This document shows positions 58,570 to 64,000 of a DNA stretch of 64,000 nucleotides, in pieces. Both the position numbers and the translations under genes were made by a program. Position 1 is the first letter of the stretch. The number at the start of each line of letters is the position of its first letter. The stretch is taken from NCBI GenBank assembly GCA_963813335.1, contig CAWEYL010000006.1, positions 90,185 through 154,184 of the forward strand, in the 5' to 3' direction. The notes under the pieces were generated by a model. That model did no database searches. It was not told where the DNA came from and saw nothing but the letters and a program-made list of their open reading frames with translations. The stretch comes from an uncultured Chloroflexia bacterium. GTDB lineage: Bacteria > Chloroflexota > Limnocylindria > Limnocylindrales > CSP1-4.

Positions 58570-60110
58570 GCCGCGCCTCCAGCGATCGCTTCCATGATCT
58601 GCTTCTCGTCGACCTCGCCCTCGAACTCCGCCCCCTTGATCCGGTCGCGCAGGACCACGATGCGGTGGCTGGTGCGCAGCACCTCGTCGAGCTCCGACGA
58701 GATGAAGACGCAGGACATGCCGCCCTCGGCGAGCGACAGGACCAGTTGCTGGATGTCGGCCTTGGTGCCGACGTCGATGCCGCGGGTCGGCTCGTCGAGG
58801 ATCAGCAGGCGCGGCTCGGTCGCGAGCCAGCGGGCCAGGATGACCTTCTGCTGGTTGCCGCCGCTCAGGTTCTTCATCGGCTGCTCGGGGGACGGCGTCG
58901 CGATGTTGAGCAGCTTGATGTAGCGCTCGGCGATGGCGGTCTGCTGGGCGGAGCCGAGGCGGCGGAACCAGCCGCGACTGGCCTGGACCGCGAGGACGAT
59001 GTTCTCGCGCACGGTCAGCTCGGCGACGATGCCCTCGGCCTTGCGGTCCTCCGGGCACAGCGCGACGCTGCGTTCGATGGAGCCGCGCGGCGAGTAGTCC
59101 GTGACGGCCTTGCCGTCCATGGTCATCGTGCCGTCGGTCGGGCGGTCGATGCCGAACAGGAGATTCGCGATCTCGGTGCGCCCGGAGCCGAGCAGCCCGG
59201 CCAGCCCGACGACCTCGCCGGCGCGAAGGACCAGGTCGAACGGCTCGATCGACCCGGCCAGGCCCAGCCCGTCGGCCTGGAGCAGCTCGTCGCCGATGTG
59301 CTTGCTGCTCTCCATCTTGTGACGGCCGATCTCGTCGAGGGCGGTGAGGCTGCGCCCGAGCATCAGGCGGATGAGCTCGATCCGCGGCAGGGCCGCGGTC
59401 TCGTACGTCCCGACCAGGGCGCCGTTGCGGAGGACCGTCAGTCGGTCGCTCACCTCGTAGACCTGGTCGAGGAAATGGGTGATGAACACGATGGCCATGC
59501 CCCCGTCGCGGAGCTGGCGCATCACGCGGAAGAGCTGCTGGGTCTCGTGGGCGGTCAGGCTCGAGGTCGGCTCGTCCAGGACGAGGACCTTCGCCGAGGA
59601 GATCACGAGTGCCCGGCCGATCGCGGCCATCTGCTGGATGGCGACCGAATAGGAGCCGAGCGGCCGGGTGACGTCGATGTCGATATCGAGGCCCTTGAGG
59701 ACCTCGCGGGCCCGGCGGTTCATCGCGCCCCAGTCGACGCGGCCCCAGTGTCTCGGCTCGCGGCCGATGAGCAGGTTCTCGGCCACCGTCAGGTTCGGGC
59801 AGAGGTTGACTTCCTGGTAGACCGTCGTGATGCCGATGGCCTGGGCCTCGAGCGGCGAGCGGATCGCGACCGCCGTCCCGTCGAACGTGATGGTCCCGAC
59901 GTCGGGCGGCTCGACCCCGGTCAGGATCTTGACCAGGGTGGACTTGCCGGCACCGTTCTCACCGAGGAGCGCGTGGATCTCGCCGCGCCGGACCGAGAAG
60001 TCGACACCGCGCAGCGCCTGGACGCCGGGGAACGACTTGTCGATGCCGCGCATGGCGACGATGTCGGCTGTGGTATCGGCGGCGGGCAGCACTGGCGCTT
60101 GCTCTGTCAT
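58566..60110 (-). CDS. ytfR: Sugar ABC ATP-binding protein (YtfR-like, two NBDs)
   Basis: GENGAGKST, LDEPTSSL, PEDRKAEG, LSGGNQQKV, DEPTRGID. Confidence 0.9.
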   Translation of the reverse strand: MTEQAPVLPAADTTADIVAMRGIDKSFPGVQALRGVDFSVRRGEIHALLGENGAGKSTLVKILTGVEPPDVGTITFDGTAVAIRSPLEAQAIGITTVYQEVNLCPNLTVAENLLIGREPRHWGRVDWGAMNRRAREVLKGLDIDIDVTRPLGSYSVAIQQMAAIGRALVISSAKVLVLDEPTSSLTAHETQQLFRVMRQLRDGGMAIVFITHFLDQVYEVSDRLTVLRNGALVGTYETAALPRIELIRLMLGRSLTALDEIGRHKMESSKHIGDELLQADGLGLAGSIEPFDLVLRAGEVVGLAGLLGSGRTEIANLLFGIDRPTDGTMTMDGKAVTDYSPRGSIERSVALCPEDRKAEGIVAELTVRENIVLAVQASRGWFRRLGSAQQTAIAERYIKLLNIATPSPEQPMKNLSGGNQQKVILARWLATEPRLLILDEPTRGIDVGTKADIQQLVLSLAEGGMSCVFISSELDEVLRTSHRIVVLRDRIKGAEFEGEVDEKQIMEAIAGGAA

Positions 60111-60215
60111 GGACCGGCGACTCCAACCTGACGGTCGGTGTGCGGCCGCCCCCGCATCGCCGGAGGCGAATCGGGGGCGGTGCGCTGCATTCGGGGACGA
60201 TGATGGGCTACGGGA

Positions 60216-60244
60216 CGGCGGGAGGCGACTCGCGCCTCTCGCCG
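60216..60244 (-). terminator. Hairpin after the SBP gene (mRNA stabiliser or attenuator)
   Basis: cggcgggaggcg-actcg-cgcctctcgccg. Confidence 0.4.
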
Positions 60245-60258
60245 CCCGGCCCGGGGGC

Positions 60259-61353
60259 CTAGTACTTGCGCGTGGCCAGGATGGTCTGCAGCTCCGTCGG
60301 CCCCTGGGCCGCGAAGAACTGGCCTTCCTGCGACGGCACCCACTTCGGCATCGAGGTGTCGCCATTGAGGGCGGACAGGGCCGCCTCGTAGACCTGCGGC
60401 GCGAGCAGCGGGTTGCACTCGATGTCCGCACCGAGCTCGCCCGAGATCATGTACTTGAAGCCGTCGGCGGTCGCGTCCACGCCGATGACCTGGATGTCCT
60501 TGCCCGGGACGAGTCCGGCCTCCTTGATCGCCTGGATGGCGCCGATGGCCTCTTCGTCGTTGTGGGCGAACACGCCCTGGATGTCCTTGCTCTTCTTGAG
60601 GAAGGCTTCCATGACGGCCTTGGACTCCGGGACGCCCCAGTTACCGGTCTGGGTCATGCCGTCGGGGATCACGATCCCGCACTCGCCCATCTTCTCGCGG
60701 AAGCCCTTGGCCCGGTCGATGGCCGCCGACGCGCCGACCGCGCCGGAGATCTCGACGACGTTCTTCTTCGCGCTGGCCGAGAGCAGGCCGCACATCGCGG
60801 CAGCTGCCTTCTGGCCCTCGAGGTTGAAGTCCGAGCCGATGTACGTCGCATAGAGGGACGGGTCGGCGTCGATGCGCCGGTCCTCGAGGACGACGATCTT
60901 GCCCGCGGTCTGGGCTTCCTTCAGGACGTCGTCATAGCCGGTCACGTCGAGCGCCGCGAGGATGATCACGTTGATCGACGGATCCTGGTTGAACTGGTGG
61001 AACGCCGAGACCTGGTTCTCCAGCTTGTTCTGGGCGTCATAGAAGTTGAGCTTGATGCCGAGCTGGGTCGCGGTCTCCTTGAACGAAGACGTGTTGGCTG
61101 CGCGCCAACCGCTCTCGGAACCGGTCTGGATGAACCCGACCGACATGTCCTTGTATTCCTTCTTCGCCGCGGCGACGCTCGCGCTCGGGGCGACGCTCGG
61201 CGCGGCCACGCTCGGGGCGGTGGTCGGTGCCGCGGCGCTCGGGGCAGCCGACGAACCGCTGGACGAGCAGGCGCCGACGACCAGGGCCGCGACCGCCAAC
61301 ATCGATGCGATTCGAGGGAGTCTTCCTGACTTCGTCATGTTTCTCGTCTCCAT
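60259..61353 (-). CDS. ytfQ: Sugar ABC substrate-binding lipoprotein (YtfQ-like; galactofuranose/arabinose)
   Basis: VGAC lipobox; QTGSESGWRAANT, AHNDE, ECNPLLAPQ, ends TRKY. Confidence 0.87.
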   Translation of the reverse strand: METRNMTKSGRLPRIASMLAVAALVVGACSSSGSSAAPSAAAPTTAPSVAAPSVAPSASVAAAKKEYKDMSVGFIQTGSESGWRAANTSSFKETATQLGIKLNFYDAQNKLENQVSAFHQFNQDPSINVIILAALDVTGYDDVLKEAQTAGKIVVLEDRRIDADPSLYATYIGSDFNLEGQKAAAAMCGLLSASAKKNVVEISGAVGASAAIDRAKGFREKMGECGIVIPDGMTQTGNWGVPESKAVMEAFLKKSKDIQGVFAHNDEEAIGAIQAIKEAGLVPGKDIQVIGVDATADGFKYMISGELGADIECNPLLAPQVYEAALSALNGDTSMPKWVPSQEGQFFAAQGPTELQTILATRKY

Positions 61354-61730
61354 CTGGGCTACCTGGGTGATCGTGGACCTCGGGCCGTGCCCGACTTGAC
61401 TGACTGCGGGTCGACGCGGATCGGGACGATCGCGTCGGGAGGGCCGTCGAATCGGTGGCTCATGCGCTACCGGACACCATCGGCACCTCCTCCAACGCGG
61501 TCAGCGCGACCGGTTGATCGACGTGGGTCAGCTCTCGTGAAGACGGCGTGGCGAGTCACGGTCGCGGCGGCGAGAGAGGGCCGGGTCCGGATCCATCGAC
61601 TCGGTTCGGCAGGGACGCAGGTGCGATCCCTTGCTGGCGGCGGAAACGAACTGCCCTGACGGCTTCGCCATCGGCGGACGGGACTGGCCTTGACTCCTAA
61701 GACCTGGCACTGTCGAACGCGTTGGCCGCT

Positions 61731-61754
61731 GTTATCGTTCCCGTTATCGCTAAC
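61731..61754. promoter_or_regulatory. LacI-type operator upstream of the ytfQ operon
   Basis: gttatcgttcccgttatcgctaac; matches the 63021-63038 site in reverse orientation. Confidence 0.68.
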
Positions 61755-61859
61755 GGTCGGTTGCAAACTAGCACCGGCCGAGGGGCACGTCAAGGAGTTT
61801 TCGCGGCGAGGCGTCTGATGCGTGCGAATGCCGGCATCGGCCGGTCCGCCGGCGCAACC

Positions 61860-62951
61860 CTAGCGGGACTCGGCCGTCTCCGCTGCCGGCGAAGACCGCG
61901 GACCGCGCGCGGGTGCGGCGATCGGCCTCGCGACAGCTGGCGCGCTCTCGCGCACGACCAGCTGCGTGGCCAGGGTGAGACTGCGCACGGTCCCCCGGCC
62001 GGGTGCCTCGTTGGCGACCGCGAGCACCTCGCGAACGGCGAGTTCGCCGAGCTCGTACAAGGGCTGGACCACGGTCGTGAGGGTCGGCGTGAAGTGGGCG
62101 CCCTCGTCGAGCCCGTCGAAGCCGACCACGGCGATGTCGTCGGGGATCGCGATGCCCCGCGCATGCGCGACGTGCAGGACCCCGAGCGCCATCTGGTCGT
62201 TGGCCACGAACAGCCCGTCGATGGTCGGATCGAGGGCAAGGAGCTGATCGAAGCCGACCTCGCCGCTCGTCGGCGTCCAGTTGCCGGGCACGACCGGCCC
62301 CGGGTCGACGCCGGCGTCGCGCAGCGCGTCTCGCCAGCCGTCGTGGCGGTCCTGCGCCTCCCGCCATGGCAACGGGCCGGCGAGATGGGCGATCCGCCGC
62401 CGGCCCAGCGCGAGGAGGTGGGCGGTCGCCTGCCGGGCGCCGCCGTAGTTGTCGATGACGATCGTCGAGAACGCCGGTGAGGCCTCCGACTTGAGGAAGA
62501 TGATCGGCGGGCAGGCGACCGGCAGCTGCGAGCGGGCCTTGGCGATGTTCGTACCCAGCTGCGGGGCCGCGAAGATGATCGCCTCGACCCGGTGCGCGAT
62601 CATGAACTCGAACACCGGCGCGATGTCGACGGTGTCGCTGCTCTCGATCTCCTTGAGCAGGACGCCGTAGCCCGCCGCCTGGGCCTCCTCGGTGATCCCG
62701 TTGAGCGTCTCCGCCACGCCGAAGTAACGCAGGCCGGCGACGATGACACCGAGCGTCTGCGACCGGCGATGGACCAGGCTGCGTGCCACCGCGCTCGGCT
62801 GGAATCCGGTCGCGGCGATGGCGGCCTCGACCGCCTGGCGCGTCTCGGCCGACACGTCCGGCCGCTTGTTGATCACGCGCGACACCGTCTGGGTCGAGAC
62901 CCCGCACATGGCGGCGATCTCCTTGATCGTGATCCGGCTGTGATCCTGCAA
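61860..62951 (-). CDS. LacI-family transcriptional regulator
   Basis: ITIKEIAAMCGVSTQTVSRVIN, ANDQMALG, VVGFDG, PTLTTVVQP; TTG start inferred. Confidence 0.93.
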   Translation of the reverse strand: MQDHSRITIKEIAAMCGVSTQTVSRVINKRPDVSAETRQAVEAAIAATGFQPSAVARSLVHRRSQTLGVIVAGLRYFGVAETLNGITEEAQAAGYGVLLKEIESSDTVDIAPVFEFMIAHRVEAIIFAAPQLGTNIAKARSQLPVACPPIIFLKSEASPAFSTIVIDNYGGARQATAHLLALGRRRIAHLAGPLPWREAQDRHDGWRDALRDAGVDPGPVVPGNWTPTSGEVGFDQLLALDPTIDGLFVANDQMALGVLHVAHARGIAIPDDIAVVGFDGLDEGAHFTPTLTTVVQPLYELGELAVREVLAVANEAPGRGTVRSLTLATQLVVRESAPAVARPIAAPARGPRSSPAAETAESR

Positions 62952-63020
62952 CGTCGAATCCCCAGGGACGGAAGCCTTGCCTCGCGGCCGATCGAATGCT
63001 ACGGTACTGGATACGTGAAC

Positions 63021-63038
63021 GTTAGCGGGAACGGTAAC
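63021..63038. promoter_or_regulatory. LacI-type operator between lacI and araB
   Basis: gttagcgggaacggtaac. Confidence 0.65.
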
Positions 63039-63120
63039 GGACGCCGGGCGAACCCACAAGTGGCGCCCGACCGATGGACCGCCGAGCAGCGGGACCGCCG
63101 TCCACGATTCTAAGGGAGCC

Positions 63121-64000
63121 ATGGTGAGCCGGTACGCGATCGGGGTCGATTTCGGCACCGAGTCCGGCCGCGCCGTCCTCGTGGACGTCGCCGACGGCCG
63201 GCAGCTCGCGACCTCGGTCACGCCGTACCGCAGCGGCGTCATCGACGAGCGGCTCCCCAGCCCGAACCAGGATGTCGTGCTGCCGCCCGACTGGGCCCTG
63301 CAGGACGCCGACGACTACCTCGACGTCCTGAAGACCGCGGTCCCGGCGGTCATCCGCGAGGCCGCGGTCGACCCGGCCGACATCATCGGCATCGGCGTCG
63401 ACGTGACCGCCTGCACCATGCTCCCCGCCACCGCCGCCGGCACGGCGCTGTCGATGCTCCCGGCCTACCGCGCAAACCCGCACGCCTGGGTCAAGCTCTG
63501 GAAGCACCACGCCGCGCAGCCGGAAGCCGACCGCATCAACGAGGTCGCCCGGGCGACCGGGCAGGACTGGCTGGACCGCTACGGCGGCAAGATCTCGTCG
63601 GAGTGGTTCTTCGCCAAGGCGCTCCAGATCCTCGACGAGGCGCCCGAGGTCTACGCCGCCGCCGACCGCCTGCTCGAGGCGACCGACTGGATCGTCTGGC
63701 AGCTGACCGGGGTCGAGACGCGCAACGCCTGCACCGCCGGCTACAAGGCGATGTGGTCCAAGCGCGACGGCTTCCCCGACGCCGCCTACTTCGGCGCCCT
63801 CGATCCGCGGTTCGCCGACATCGTCGACACGAAGATGCGCCGCGACCTGCGCCAGGTCGGGGAGCGGGCCGGCGGCCTCTCCCCGGAGGCGGCGGCGTGG
63901 ACCGGGCTGCTGCCCGGGACCGCCGTGGCCGTGGCGAACGTCGACGCCCACGTGGCCGTGCCCGCGGCGACGGTCACCGAGCCGGGCACGATGGTCATGA
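63121..64000 (+). CDS. araB: L-ribulokinase (truncated by the window end)
   Basis: MVSRYAIGVDFGTESGRA, KLWKHHAAQ, YGGKISSEWFFAK, CTAGYKAMW, NVDAH; GGGAG RBS; read directly, absent from the ORF track. Confidence 0.93.
   Translation, partial: MVSRYAIGVDFGTESGRAVLVDVADGRQLATSVTPYRSGVIDERLPSPNQDVVLPPDWALQDADDYLDVLKTAVPAVIREAAVDPADIIGIGVDVTACTMLPATAAGTALSMLPAYRANPHAWVKLWKHHAAQPEADRINEVARATGQDWLDRYGGKISSEWFFAKALQILDEAPEVYAAADRLLEATDWIVWQLTGVETRNACTAGYKAMWSKRDGFPDAAYFGALDPRFADIVDTKMRRDLRQVGERAGGLSPEAAAWTGLLPGTAVAVANVDAHVAVPAATVTEPGTMVM

Overview
High-GC bacterial chromosome segment. Gene content and Pro/Ala/Ser-rich lipoprotein linkers suggest a soil or freshwater Chloroflexota (Limnocylindria-like) or actinobacterium-like genome; this is inference only. 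About 58 CDS and one tRNA-Thr(CGT). Ordinary modules: OmpR-type two-component system, nitrilase, MoxR-DUF58-VWA, several ABC exporters, a NarL-type TCS, and a LacI-controlled ytfQRT-yjfF/araB sugar locus. Highlights: (1) a 1716-aa lipoprotein-anchored YD/RHS protein that looks like a stripped-down bacterial teneurin (no NHL propeller) and carries a VWD + Cys-rich + 3x PPC-like module instead of a toxin; (2) a 25-bp motif repeated at the same promoter position upstream of that gene and of the two genes flanking a STAND/LuxR regulator, suggesting a regulon; (3) a CYTH / Ca-type P-ATPase / CYTH-Ppx fusion locus; (4) an integrase-less 1.9-kb islet bounded by a duplicated tRNA-Thr 3' end; (5) a multi-branched structured leader with a leaderless peptide and an Rrf2-like site before a clade-D beta-carbonic anhydrase; (6) a YjfF permease fused to an emfourin-like domain; (7) a beta/gamma-crystallin-like two-gene insert. 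Four genes carry single +1 frameshifts, probably sequencing errors. All family calls come from motif recognition by eye, without database searches.
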